A stretch of 64,000 bases of DNA, from contig JAJCTO010000011.1 of assembly GCA_046563655.1 (NCBI GenBank), positions 558,001 through 622,000 of the forward strand, in the 5' to 3' direction. The notes beneath the pieces were generated by a model. It ran no database searches. It had not been told where the DNA came from and worked only from the letters and a program-made list of their open reading frames with translations. Shown one piece after another: positions 38,533-50,950 of this stretch (positions within the stretch are counted from its first letter, which is position 1; every line of letters starts with the position of its first letter). The position numbers were made by a program, and so were the translations under genes. Origin of the DNA: Yuukianura sp. NJ FZ-2021. Lineage: Eukaryota.

Positions 38533-39537
38533 ATGAATCTGGCTAGATTGTGGAAACCTCAAGGTCATCTTATTAGGACTCCGATTAGTCCGATTATTGC
38601 CGTGGTAGGATCTACTCTTCTCTCGCACGAAGGCTCAACTTCATGTGTACCCTTGCGGCGTCAAGACGAAATATTCCGAAGATGGAAGGCAGATGATCGG
38701 AAAGAATTGGCAGCCTCGATGCCAAAGAAGGATATGGGGACGCAGGGCGAAACCGGGACAGACATAGGTCTCATTGGCAGGAGGTAATAAGTGCTAGTAA
38801 AGCTCTTTTTGTAATCTAAGCAATTGATTAGTCATACACCACTAATTGCAGTTTGATTTAGCAAGGATGACATGTTCCCTACTGCTGAGACTCCTGACAC
38901 TCTTTTTGACGGGGTACGTTTCGCTGATCTTCCAATTTGTCACATCAAAACCAGTCCAAATAACACAATCATAACTGTTACCAACTACAATGGAAGTGAG
39001 AGGCTGGGCTACCGGTCTTGCGGTATAGAAGGATTCAAAAACACGCGAAAAGGAACGAACATTGCTGCTCAGGCGACGGCCATCACATTAGGCAATGTAA
39101 GACTGGCCAACTGTTGAAAACGTTACGCCAGCAAACTGAAACACAAATCTGCCATATCTCAACAACACTAAAGAACCTCTTACGTGTTGTCCAAACCCCT
39201 CAAACCTGAAACCCCGATTTCAAAATCGGGGTTTAAGGTTTGAGGGGTTTCAAAATGTGTTTCAGTTTGTTTGGAGATTATTAACTACCCAATAATACGG
39301 AGGTCATTTGACTGTGCAGTGTATCTATTTCTACCTACAGCTGATTCCGCTTTTTGACTACAGGATCTTGTGAAGAAGAGTGTGAAAACACTTCGAGTCA
39401 AAATCCAAGGCCTCGGTCCGGGACGTATGAGTTCAGTAAAGGGACTTCAAATGGCCGGTCTCAACATTGTTTCCGTGACGGATAACACACCCATCTCCTC
39501 CAATCCACCACGAGGAAAGAAACAGCGGAGAATCTAA
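38533..39537 (+). CDS. mRpS11: Mitochondrial 28S ribosomal protein S11; exons 38533-38783, 38862-39096, 39364-39537
   Basis: [24 protein letters not shown]...[22 protein letters not shown] and [33 protein letters not shown] are uS11m motifs; N-terminal presequence-like segment; GT-AG introns in frame. Confidence 0.96.
39128..39274. mobile_element. Small palindromic MITE remnant in mRpS11 intron 2
   Basis: Outer inverted repeat CAAACTGAAACACA / TGTGTTTCAGTTTG; inner near-perfect 28-bp hairpin at 39193-39250. TSD not clear. Confidence 0.65.
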
Positions 39538-39659
39538 CATCCAAGTTTTGTACCAAAAATGTTTTGTTTGTTAAGTCCGTTTATTATAGAATCACAGTTG
39601 ATGCGATTGTTTTGTTGAGGAATGTAGAGTACATGTACTTCCGGAAATAGACTTGTAAT

Positions 39660-42220
39660 TTATTGATTGTTGTTGAGACTCACGGATGAGAGGGACAACG
39701 GGTGTGGTTTGGGGCTCACGCGAAGGTTGCGTCCAGACGTGTGGTTCGTTGTTGGCCTCAACTCCAATCGAACGCTTCCGGGAACTCCCGAGTTGTCCAG
39801 GGCGTAGAAAACGTTTGCGTTTGCGGGGAATTTAAGTTCTTTATTAGCGAGAACTTGGACGAGTGAGAAGCGACGAGGTTCCTCTCCTTCGAAACCCAAC
39901 TTTTCCAGCGCTTGGGCTATCACTTGCGGCGTGTGGTCCGAATTACTGACAATCATAGATTTGTACATTACATCTGATTTGGCTGGTGATGAAACTTTCA
40001 CAACGACTGATGTTTCCGGCGAGGGGGAAGTGAGTCCGGGTACGACTGGTGGCGCCTCTGAGTAACCCATGGAACTTTCGTTTGAACTCTGGATTGAACC
40101 CTAAATAGAACATAAATACAATCACATAATAATATAATAATAATTGGATTTCAAATTACAAATTACCTTTCGAGTGGGGGGAATTCCCAAAACGCTCTCC
40201 GTATTTTCCGACGATGAGTTTGAAGCAAAAGAGTCGCTCTTGCGATGTCCTTTTGGTGGAACCCGTTCAGTTTGAATTGCGACAGACAAGTCGTAAGCAG
40301 CCTTGTCATCCAACACTGTTAAAGAGTTGTACCACGACGTGAAGTACGGATCCTCTTCTAGGCGATATCCTTTGGCAGACCCTTGTAGGAGCTTCAGCTG
40401 AGCTAACACTTCAAATTCCTTTTTTCGTTTGTCAAAGTTGATGAGTGTTCCGTGTACGTAGTCTGGGTATGCAGCGTCAATGAAAGTCAAATCAGTGAGG
40501 AATGTACCAAGATAAGGAATCGTCCCATTCGGGGAGTCGAATTCTGCCGTCGTGCCTCTCGTGCCATGACTTGAGCGTAGAACCCTTGATAGGAATCTTC
40601 TGTCCTTTGGACTCTTGGTGGGCGTAGGGAATTTGGCTGTTCCCTCGGCTTCCAGAAGACTCCGTTGTGCCATTCGGTTGTTGTCTTCGGAGAAGATTTG
40701 GGATAATTGTGAGTAAATGGTCAGGCGGTCCTTGGAGACGAGATGCCAGAGCTTGGAGAGGCGAAAGATTGGGTTTGACTCCAGGCCTGCAATGATGGCT
40801 TTCAACGACGAAAAATTCTTGAGCTGCCGTAATTCCTGCAATTAATGCAATTTAACGTCATTCCTGCCCAACAACTACAAGAAAAAAAAGCAGTGTTTTC
40901 CCGAAATCCCACCTGAGCAATTCGAATCCATTTCTCGAGTGTTTTCGCCCTTTGTTGCAGAGGTAACGTCGGATCAACCAGAATCGTGGCCACAACACGT
41001 CCGGAAAGTGCATTGAACTGCTCAACTGTTGCCGCTACAGAAGCACATCCGCACCTTCGCTTCCACAAGCCTCCCAAACATTCCCAAACACGCAAATTAA
41101 GAAATAGTTCCTAAAAACATGGACTTGTGTTAAGACGAATTGTATATATGGTATGTTTTGCTTCAAAATGTGTCACCTTATCATAGTAGGTGAGCTGTTG
41201 TGCAAAATGTGATTCCGGTATGGCCAAGAGTGAGTACGTTCGAATGTTCTGCGGCGAGAAAGTACGTAGAGAGTGCAGACTGCTAGACTTCCTCATCTTG
41301 CGCCGTGATCTCAGTTTATATTGAATTTTTAGTGCCAGAGAAGTGAGTCCTTGATCTTGTGCAAATGGCAGGATGACTTTACGTAAACAGTGGTAACCAT
41401 CCCCTCCGGATTCGAAATCTTCAGAATAAGAGTCGAGCCATGCATTGAGACAGTCCAGCATCACCCTATAATGATGAAATACTCCGAGTAAGGTCAATGC
41501 TACTTTATAACAAAGAACAAACATGGGCTAATTAGGCTCAGCTACCTTGATTTGACTTACTTTCGTAGTGAGTCTTGACTTGAGTGCTTGTAGAGGAAGA
41601 TGATTTCTTGTAGTACTTCAGTCGGAGTTGCAAAGGCACGATACGTAGCTAAGAACACGCTCAGATGCGTCGCCTACTCAAAAACAGTTTATTTTTTTCT
41701 CAGTAGAATAACTTCATGTGACTGTATACACAACTTCAGTTACTTTCCCTCACCTGGACATCGCTGTCCTCGTTCGACATGGCTTCAACTATTCGTCGAA
41801 GCGTTCCGGCTCTGAGCACTCGCACACGAACAGTTTCCCACATCAAATGAGCAATTTCTCCTTGGTCAGAGTCCACTTCATCAATGACGACGTCGCACGA
41901 AGAGGTGGTGCAGGACGTAATTCCGCTTGAGCGTCCTAACGACTGACTGTGGCTTGGCCCGGAAGAAGATGAAGACGGATAGTTGGTAACCACTTGGACT
42001 AAGACAGAAGGCCTCTGGTAGCGAATCTTTTTCAAATACACGCCCCATACGGCATCATCTTCCACCTCCTCGGTCCACTGTGTCGTATCCTTTTGGTTAC
42101 ATAAGTTCATGATTATGTAGTAAATCCAATATTTGTTCAAATAATGATCAGCGGAACCTTTAAACTTACGGAACTTGGTACTTGGAATCCATGACCACCA
42201 GAGCTATCATAGGTTTCCAT
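39660..42220 (-). CDS. Rgl: Ral guanine nucleotide dissociation stimulator-like (RalGDS/RGL); exons 42220-42170, 42089-41754, 41673-41561, 41465-41177, 41110-40913, 40835-40167, 40100-39660
   Basis: N-terminal EEVEDDAVWGVYLKKIRY; REM domain (RVLRAGTL, VFLATYRAF); CDC25 GEF domain (LKNFSSLKAII, GTIPYLGTFLTDLTFID, INFDKRKKEFEVL); C-terminal RA domain (YKSMIVSNSDHT, PANANVFYAL). All splice phases are consistent. Confidence 0.95.
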
Positions 42221-43214
42221 GAAATTTTTGTGCAACTCTCCACCGCCTGTTGCTTTAGTCTTCAGACTTGACGTTTGACAGAGTCTCCTAGTTTCTTATA
42301 ACTCAATACCGCATTGAATCCTTGAAACAAAAAGTAAACCACAGTTATGGAACACTGGGTCTGAATATAATCGACTGAGAGAAGACGGAAGCGGAATACA
42401 TGATTGATGATAACGAATAACGCAACACGGTTACGTGGTGACGGTGAGCCTGCTCGGCTTGTTTAAACTGTGTGTTTACATGTGTTAAACCCTCAAATCA
42501 GGAGGGTATTCCGTTAGTTGCTTGTCCAAGGAATTAACGATCCACTCCACGTTGCAGTAGTATTTCATGGGTCATCTGCATGAAAATCTGAGTAAAAATG
42601 TAATTTGCAATGACACCGAATCCACCGAAGTTGGGGAAGCCTCCAGTGTTCTGCAATACACGAAATAAAAGTACATTAGCGTGATTATTCTGGTGATGTG
42701 ACCCTTATTTATTCAGGGTCCCGTCGCAATCGTTCCTCGTCTCAAAAGTCGTCTAAATTAATTGCTAAGGAAATTCATAATTAGACATAACGTGAAATTG
42801 AGTTAAGTGCCACTCACTTCTTACCAAACAATAATTGAATTCGTTTCTTCCAGCAACAGTAGGTTAAGGATCAAGAATAATCCAGTATCCAGTCCTGATT
42901 CATTTATACATTACACTTTAAACTGTTCCTTGCTTTCCCTTTTAATTAAAAACTGAAAGTGAAATTGAAAACCAAGGATAGTATGATGAGTTGGTTGACG
43001 TAAGCGTAACGACACTTGTTGTTACCACTAAATATCGTGGCACCGCACTCCAATGCCGATTGTAAAGACTGCGCGGTATCAAAAATATGTCAAAGCAGTC
43101 TTAATCAAGATCCAAAAAAATATCCCATCATAAGGAGCGGTCGGTTAAATCAAATCCTTTCATTTTTCCGAACTTTTAAAATACGAAACACTTTATTCAA
43201 CTGCAGTTATTACG

Positions 43215-45295
43215 TTATTTTCTCTGATAGATCTGAATATAGGGTTCGGTGAGGGTTAGCATCTGAGGCAGGATTTCTTTGACATGCAAATCCTGCAGTT
43301 CGTACCAAGTAGAATTGGCATGATGATACATCTGCATGCGCCAAGTCCCTCGCTTGGGCTGCCCCTCATGGACGACATTGGCGATGAGGTCGTAGGGCGC
43401 AGACGGAAGTCCGAAAGCTTCTCCAAAGTCCACGGAGAGCACTGGGAAGTTGACGATGGTGGGATTCTTCTCAATGAAGAACGTATTCTTCGTGAAGCGA
43501 CGGATGTACAGGATGAGGAACGGAGGAAGCGATGTCACTTGGAAACGCTTCAAAAAGTTTTCCTTGTAAGTGTTGTACTCCTTTGCCTCATTTCCGTTGA
43601 ATTTTCCGAGGAGAGTGTACAGGTTTACCTGAAGTCAAACAAAAACGTTTAAAGAAAGTAAGTGCAATTAGATAACTAACGATTAGCTAACCTGTGGGAT
43701 GATGTTCTCCATCATTTCGTTCTTGAAAAGCGGAGTTGGGGGAAGGTCGCATGTTAAATACAGAAAAGACGTTTCTTCCACTTGCTCCTCCTCCTCTGCC
43801 TTGTCCTTTTCAATTCGCCGTGTAAACACTTTCATTTTGCCCAAAAAAGTCTTGTAGATAATGCTGCTCCTTGGGTTTCTAAGAAAGTAGTGTAAACCTT
43901 TGAGTAAACTTTACAATGGAAAGTGCGAGAATGGCTGATGAATTAAACGTACTTGTTCCCATTGAGAGCCTTGTGAAGTGCGTTGAGAAGCCAGCTGAGG
44001 AATGTGATTGGGTCTCCTTGGGCTGTAATTTGGAATTGCTTCTTGGAGCAAAGTACCACAGCTTGCAGCATTTCATGTGGACTCACGTGAACTTTGAAGT
44101 TACGGGGATTCCATAGCTTTCGCATCAACTCACCGAAGCGCTGAACAAGTAGGAAGCTAAGAATATCATACGTTCAATATTAGCCGCAGTACCACAAACG
44201 CAGCACTTCTTCGAATCAATGGATACTTTAAAATCAATGAATAAACTGTAATGTTGTGACCTACCTGTTTTCTCCCGGAGGTCGCTTGACACCAGAGTAA
44301 CTCTCCTCTCTGAGAAAATAGTCCCTAAGTGGTTTCACGTGACACAAGGCCTGGAGAATAACGTTGCAATAATCGTTGGCCTTTATGTTGTTCAGACCGA
44401 CCACACCAGGCAAATACATGGATCCATCAATTGCTCGTGATTCCTAAACTTTCATATTCAATTCAACTGACAAACCAACGGTTAATCAACAACAATCTTA
44501 AGGTAATCAATTCATGCTTACCTTCGCAGTTGAATCCAATGCGCTGATGTAGTTCTTCGTAAAAATAGGGTTAACGACGTATTTAATGTCATCCAACGAG
44601 GAGTCTAAATCGGTGTAAAAATAGCGTAGATTAAAATAAATGAGTTCTGGTAATAGGTTGAGTTAAAGTGTGCCCCAACCCATCTTATACCTATGATCTC
44701 GTAGTTATCTGGTAAACAGTAGAATTTGAGAGTGTGCAAATTAAGATAGACATGATGAAAATCCGCGACACTATGTGTATGGGCATGCGTCGAAATTCCC
44801 CGGCCCTGGAAGTACTTGCCACAGACAAGGCAAGCGTAAACGTTGATCCGAGAAAGGGAGACAGAGCATAGCTTCTCAAAGTCAAAATCCAGTACGCTTC
44901 TGTCAATCGTATCCAAGTAGGGGCATTGACCTGTAAATGTGCATAATCGTCTTATCAATTCCGAATGTATTTTTAAGTCATATGTTCAAATCCAAGACAG
45001 GACGAAAGTATCAAACCGAATTTTCGGTATAATTCGTCGGTAAGGAATCCAACCTTACCTACAACGATACTGCTATATCAAACAATAGAAGCAGTAAAGC
45101 CCATTCCTTTTGGTCTTTCTTGATTCAATGTTTACGTCTAAGTAATTTACAGGACATCAGTTGGGTTTACTTACGTGGTTTGAATCCGAGTTTGGGCTGT
45201 GAATCTTCCAAGTCCAGTGCACCGTCATCGTCGGGTGTATTTGGGTTGTCCAATTTGAGCTTCTTCCTGGGCAAGTTATCGTCACTGTCCGACAT
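43215..45295 (-). CDS. Usp39: U4/U6.U5 tri-snRNP-associated protein 2 (USP39/Sad1); exons 45295-45175, 44930-44691, 44604-44522, 44443-44265, 44156-43953, 43878-43692, 43628-43215
   Basis: CPYLDTIDRSVLDFDFEKLCSVSLS (ZnF-UBP), GLNNIKANDYCNV (inactive Cys box), LWNPRNFKVHVSPHEMLQAV, EKNPTIVNFP. Confidence 0.97.
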
Positions 45296-46588
45296 GGTCA
45301 ACAAATGAACAGCGTATCTAATTAATCTCCGGTTAATTAAAAGTCGACAAACACGACTATGTAATGTAAACTCGCTCTTCCGGTTGGAGTCTGGGCGAAT
45401 TAAACCCATCGTAACCACATAGTGTAATTTCCACTCATTGTACTAAGGTCGCGGCGATTTGATAACCAATAAGACGTCGATATTTACACGTAAAATTTAG
45501 AACGTATTTATTAGGTTACATTCGTTTTAGCCATGCATTGTATCCATATGGTGGTTATAAATATGGCGTCGATGGTTAAACTTTGTGGTTACGACGAGCG
45601 TAATTCGCGTTGTGTCATCCCATGCTATGTTTGGTGTATATCGCTCTCCACTAAAGCTCTGAAAACCAGATATGCATGTGATGGGACTTGCCAATCGTCG
45701 GACGCCGCAAGTGTGAACGAGATGAGTTTTGTGTAGACGCGGACTGCTGTGGACATGACTAAAAATCTCTGTAAGTCGTAGTTGATACTAACAAGGTTAA
45801 GATTACCGTCAATTTGCTGTCATCTTTAGTGAATGGGATAACTGGAATATCGTAATCTTTGTACACTGATAGGATGTAGCGATGTAACTAGGTACGCATT
45901 CAATCATATGCGCATGCAAAGCTTCTAAATATATTGCAAAGCTCCAATTTTGCCCAGTGAAAACTTCAGGCGTGTTTTGGACTCAAAAATTGTTAGACGC
46001 AAAAACTTGGAGGTCATTTCGAACATTTCCCCATTTTTTTTAGGTTACTCTCTGACTTAGGTTAATACAGACCATAACAAAATACTTCCCGCATGAAGGT
46101 GACAAAAACAGGCGTAATTTTTTACAGGTCTGCATTGCTCGGTCACTTCGTTTTCTGGACTTTAGAAGTAAATAATCTGGCAAAAAAAGCAACGCTTTGG
46201 GTATCTTTGGGTAAAAAAAAACTTTTCCCCTGCAGACTTTCCGAAAACGGTTGAATCTCATCCAAACTTGCAATTCACCAATTCAAAGACGTTGTGCCAA
46301 GCAAACCCATGAATATTTTTTTCTTGGTCAGAGACGTTTGTAAGTAACCACCTGTAGAAATTTAACTTAACACTTATTTTCGTTTAAATCAGTTGAACCT
46401 TTGCATGTCATTAGCAGGAGAGCTTATTGAATTTTTGTGCTTTCACTTTGAAAGCGTTCCGTAGTGAAAGTAACATGGAACTAGAAAGTGGAGGTTCTCT
46501 CGTCGTCTCTGCTCAACTCCCTGGCTCTCATGGCTCACCTCAGCAGATGGGTTGAGTCGAGCAGAAGAGAGGAGAGATGACACGGGCG

Positions 46589-46761
46589 GTCAGTCGCAAA
46601 CAACACACCGTCAGATCCACTACGTTTCCGTCGTCTCTTCATTTAGTGAACAACAGTGTTTCCGTTGCCACTCATACTCGCTGCTTCCACGTATTCGCCA
46701 GAGCAACTGCCCTTTGACCTACGCAACACACTTCGTTCCAGCCATATTCTCCAAATGGAAG
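46589..46761 (+). promoter_or_regulatory. Putative initiator and non-coding first exon of FAM20C
   Basis: TCAGTC Inr-like motif near 46590 after a GA-rich tract, and donor AAG|GTAACT at 46761/46762. A splice acceptor TTGCAG at 56111 lies just upstream of the FAM20C ATG. The link between the two is inference. Confidence 0.35.
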
Positions 46762-49700
46762 GTAACTTGCAACTTTCAATCACTAAAACTGTATAATCCG
46801 TAATCTCTTTCTTGGCGTACTAAGTTCATTTCTCCGGAACTCAGAAAACTTGTAATTGGTGTTTAAGTATTGAGTTCAAGTAATTGGTGACTTCCACCGA
46901 AGGTCAACCAGACTACGGCCGGTCAACAATAAGGATACTTTGTGACAGTGAATTATTAGAAGCATAGTATTGGGAATAATAAGGTTAGTCAGCATTAACT
47001 TCAGAAGAGCGGAGCTTGATGTTGGTTATTGGTTGACGAGGTCGGATGAGAATGAGATGAGAGCATTTCTTTTGTAAAAGGAACTGTCATTAGACATCAA
47101 AGTAAAAAGGAAGAGATGACATCGACATCTCCAGAACTCGAGAGTTTCGAGTCCATTACTTCCTTGAAAGAGGGAACACACAAACTAGATCACAGACGGA
47201 CGTCGGTTTCGGTTTTACAAAGGTGGACGTTGGTCAGGAGGCGGATTCAATTCGTTTCAAAAGACGGAGAAAAGCTGTGGAGTTTTCGTCAGCATGAGAA
47301 AGTCTGAAGCGAATTCAATATCATTGCAGTGCCAGTACTGCTGAACTTGCATGATACAGTTGCTGGGTATCATATTTTTGTAAACCTTTACGTTCAGAGG
47401 TGAATGAAGCCCTGATGCGACTGCGCACTGATCAGGTCATTTTGATTAGTTGTAAGTGTCAACTTAAAATGGCGGCATGATTGTAATGCCGTGTGCCAAC
47501 TCAGGGAACTCATTATTTCCCAAGTCGTGTGCTACAGATTAGGTTGTGGTTTGGTTTGACAATGCCGAATGTCAATTAGTGCAATTATCTTCCGAACCGA
47601 CTTCTGTGTTTTAGGGTGGGACTTGTATGTTTTCAGGATGAGAGTTACAGTTTGAGAGTTGTGAAGTCAATTAAAGATTCTTGTAGGCACCCGGACCAAG
47701 CAAATGAAGGGCTTTCATTAACTGGTTTAATGACTAGGAGTCTCTGCTGTCGTGTTCTGAGAGTGACATGGGGAGGCCACAATCGTTATTTATTACGTTT
47801 TCACCGGCGGTTTTGTGGTTGCTTGCTTTTTCCCCACTTGAGATTATGCGGGTCTTTGAATTTGTATGGGACAATGGAACGCGTTTGTCAATTTGTCATG
47901 TGGCGAATTATTGGAAACCTCTCGGTTTCTGACTAGAAATGTTCCAGATTTTTGATTAAAGCGGCATTTGACAAGGACACAATGACACACTACTGCAATG
48001 TCATCCCTTTGTTTGCTTTTGACAACACTCATTTTTACTTGCAGTCGTTTCGTTTGCTCTGTCCTCCTCGTTATCCCTAGTTTGTGTGGAAAGTCGTGCA
48101 CTTCAATCGATTTAACTCAAGTTGAAAATTTCCATCTCATTGTTAAAATTTTTGATTGCATTGTTTAAGCAAAGACAGGTCGAAGGAAGCGGAAGTCGGT
48201 GCGGGATGGCTTAACACTTTCGTTTGCATGACAAAGTAACAATACACTCTTCATCCTTGTCTTTGTGCAGAATACTCGCGGAAAAAAAATCTTTACCAGA
48301 GTGCTAAAATTGACAATGGATTTATCACTTGTTTTCTTGACCTTCACAAGTTGTGAATCTCGCCTCGTTATTTTTTAGAAGTTTGAATGCATTTACAGTA
48401 CCCTATTTAAAATAAGCCACATTATGGTTTTACGCGCAGTGTGTCTGTCTGTCCGTTTCCTTCTTATTCTGTATGCAGTGTTTCGGTTACGCAATGGTGC
48501 TTTAAAGCAAAACCAGAGGTCAAAGTTAAGCGAAAGAAGGAAGGACAGGTTTTCATGGTTGCTGTTTTTGTTTTTTAGTGTTTATTGTTTTAAAAATCAT
48601 CAATTAATTTATTTGTAAAAGTATTTAACGGGAAAGCAGTAGACCTTTGAGCAGAATTTTTGCGAAAACAATCCTCTTTTTTTAAAATCGAAAATCAAAG
48701 GTTAATGGTTTTGAAGTTGAGTGTAGTGTGGGTGTGCTACTTTTGGGAGATTAGGTTTTGGAAAAATTGCAACGCAAGAGAAGACGGGATAATTTTCCTT
48801 TTCGTCGAAAGAATAAGAATGTGTTGTTAGATTGGAAATGTGTATTCCGCACGAGTGACGAGTGGAGTAAAGTGTGTTCTAAGTGATGAACTCTGATTGT
48901 TTGGATTGGATTATTAGGCTCTGGTTCTCGGTCGGATGCGTCGACAGACTGGGATATGTGATGTGAGCAACCACGACGAGAGAGTGATGGCAATTAGCAC
49001 GTGGAGAGCATGGCAGAGTCCGCAATCTCCGGTCGTTGCTTCCTTCTTCTTTTTTGTAGGAATCCCTCATTCTTTTCTGGTTTGAGTCCAGGTCAGTTGG
49101 GGTCAAATCCTCAAATCCTGTTTGAGCCAACTCTTCTCACGACCAATTTTCCAACTTGAAGAAACAGAGAACAACTTAATGTGTTCAGTTGGAGGAATAC
49201 ATAGCATTACTGCGTCTGTACACAATACTTGAGAATCCCCTGTCCCACTGGCCCCATGTTTCACTTGTTTCTGGGACAGATCTAGTACATGGTTTTATGA
49301 CGTGTATTGGATTCGTGGGAACATTCAGTTTTTGCGATTTGTGGTCGGAGTGACCTTGTACGATGGCTTACTACAACTCTTTCTGCTTTCTTCGTCAGAT
49401 TCAGATATGAATTATGGGGATACTTTGTCCATCTTCTCTTGAATCTTCCTTATGACATGGTAGCTACGTTGTCCATTTGATTTCGACGAGGGGATTAAAG
49501 TATCTGCTATAGATTTAGCGTCCATGTGTGAAGTAATTTAACATGGCAAGAGCATGAGCCCAGCCCAAGCAAGCCAGTCTACCTGCTTAAGACTCTCAAG
49601 CAAAAGTCAAATTAGATTTGTTGATTTTGTTGAATGCTGTTAAGGTTCAGAAGTTATTCGGAACATGATGCTTAAAGATTCTTTTTAAAAGGGAAATCAG

Positions 49701-50950
49701 TTGTTTAAGAAAGTGTTAGCAAATTTTTGAGGTTGAGGAAGAATGTTAGCGGTGTTAGTGAACTGTGGGGGTTGAGCTGGTGATGTTATTGTTTGCGTTC
49801 TTCCTGGAAGGGCTCCATTGTTTTGCCAACTTCATTTGAAGGTAGTGCATGCTTGTCAGAATAAGAACAATGGTTTTGCGATGAGGAGGAGGAACAGGAC
49901 GGTGAGGGAGATCAAGAACACTATCTTGTACTAGCGGCACAATTGGCCATTCCACGTCCTCAGTTATGAACTTGGCAGTGAACCATTTTGAGTCGTGTAG
50001 TAAGTGTCGCTCAACTTCATCATTCATTTTCTGTCAATTTGCTACTACAAATAATACTCTGGTTGTAGAAGAGTCTTGACTGGTTTCTGCGCATGTCCAG
50101 TGCAAATTGCAGTTTCAGTGAATTCGATGACAAAGAGATTACCTTGGTAAAGTAATTTTTGGAGGTGAGTAGAAGAATTACAGAGTTTTGTAATCATAAT
50201 CCTACATAATCTGTATGAGTTGCGTTTTGGTCCATTTGATTTGTCACATGTTCTATAGTCAAAACACATTACAATTTCACAGTGTACCAGTTGTGTGATT
50301 TGAAGTAATTTAGCTGTTTTGTGATTGTGAGGACAAAGATTCGAGCCAAGGTCACCTCCTTTCCACTTTCACTGCACTCTGAATGAGTGGGAATCAGCGG
50401 AAGTGAGGCAGTTCTGTCGGATTACTTTGTTCGAGAGGTTGAATTTGCCACGATTAGTTTCTAGTTTAGTCTGCTCCAAACTGTCCACCCTCTGCTTCTA
50501 CAGGAAGTCACTTTTTGGTGTTGCAAATTTTCGATATTTCGGACTTTTGGTATTTCTCAGTTGACTTTTGACATTTGGTGTGAGAGGTCACGAAGCGACT
50601 TGGTGAAAGGAAACCGGAGGCTCCGTCCGGCGTGCCTAGCATCCAATTTATCATTCTCCGATTGTAGTCCTCCGAGGAAACACCTCCAAGTGAAAGTTCA
50701 TTTGCGAAGACGCTCTTGTTGACTCTGAGCAGCATTTGTCAACTGCCACTTTCACGCCTTAAGTCCCTCACTTCATTGTCACAACGCACTCTCCTGCCAC
50801 AAAGTCCGTGTCTTTAAATGAAAAAAATACCATAGAAACAGGTAAAAAGCTTTTTGGTATTTGTCTTCTTGTATGTCAAGGAATCGGACATCCCCGTGTC
50901 TCATTTTTTGCAATAACACCCACGTCCTTAAGTGTACTACTGTACATTGT

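Noticed and set aside
44360..44400. USP39 lacking the catalytic cysteine
   Set aside because: Normal for the USP39/Sad1 family (pseudo-deubiquitinase), not a novelty.
45900..46360. Possible Tc1-like MITE ending ...TAACCACCTGTA
   Set aside because: Only one candidate terminus found.
47060..47350. Possible Sola-like transposon ORF remnant (FVKGTV / KVKRKR / REFRVHYFL)
   Set aside because: Needs several frameshifts and no TIRs were found; too weak to call.
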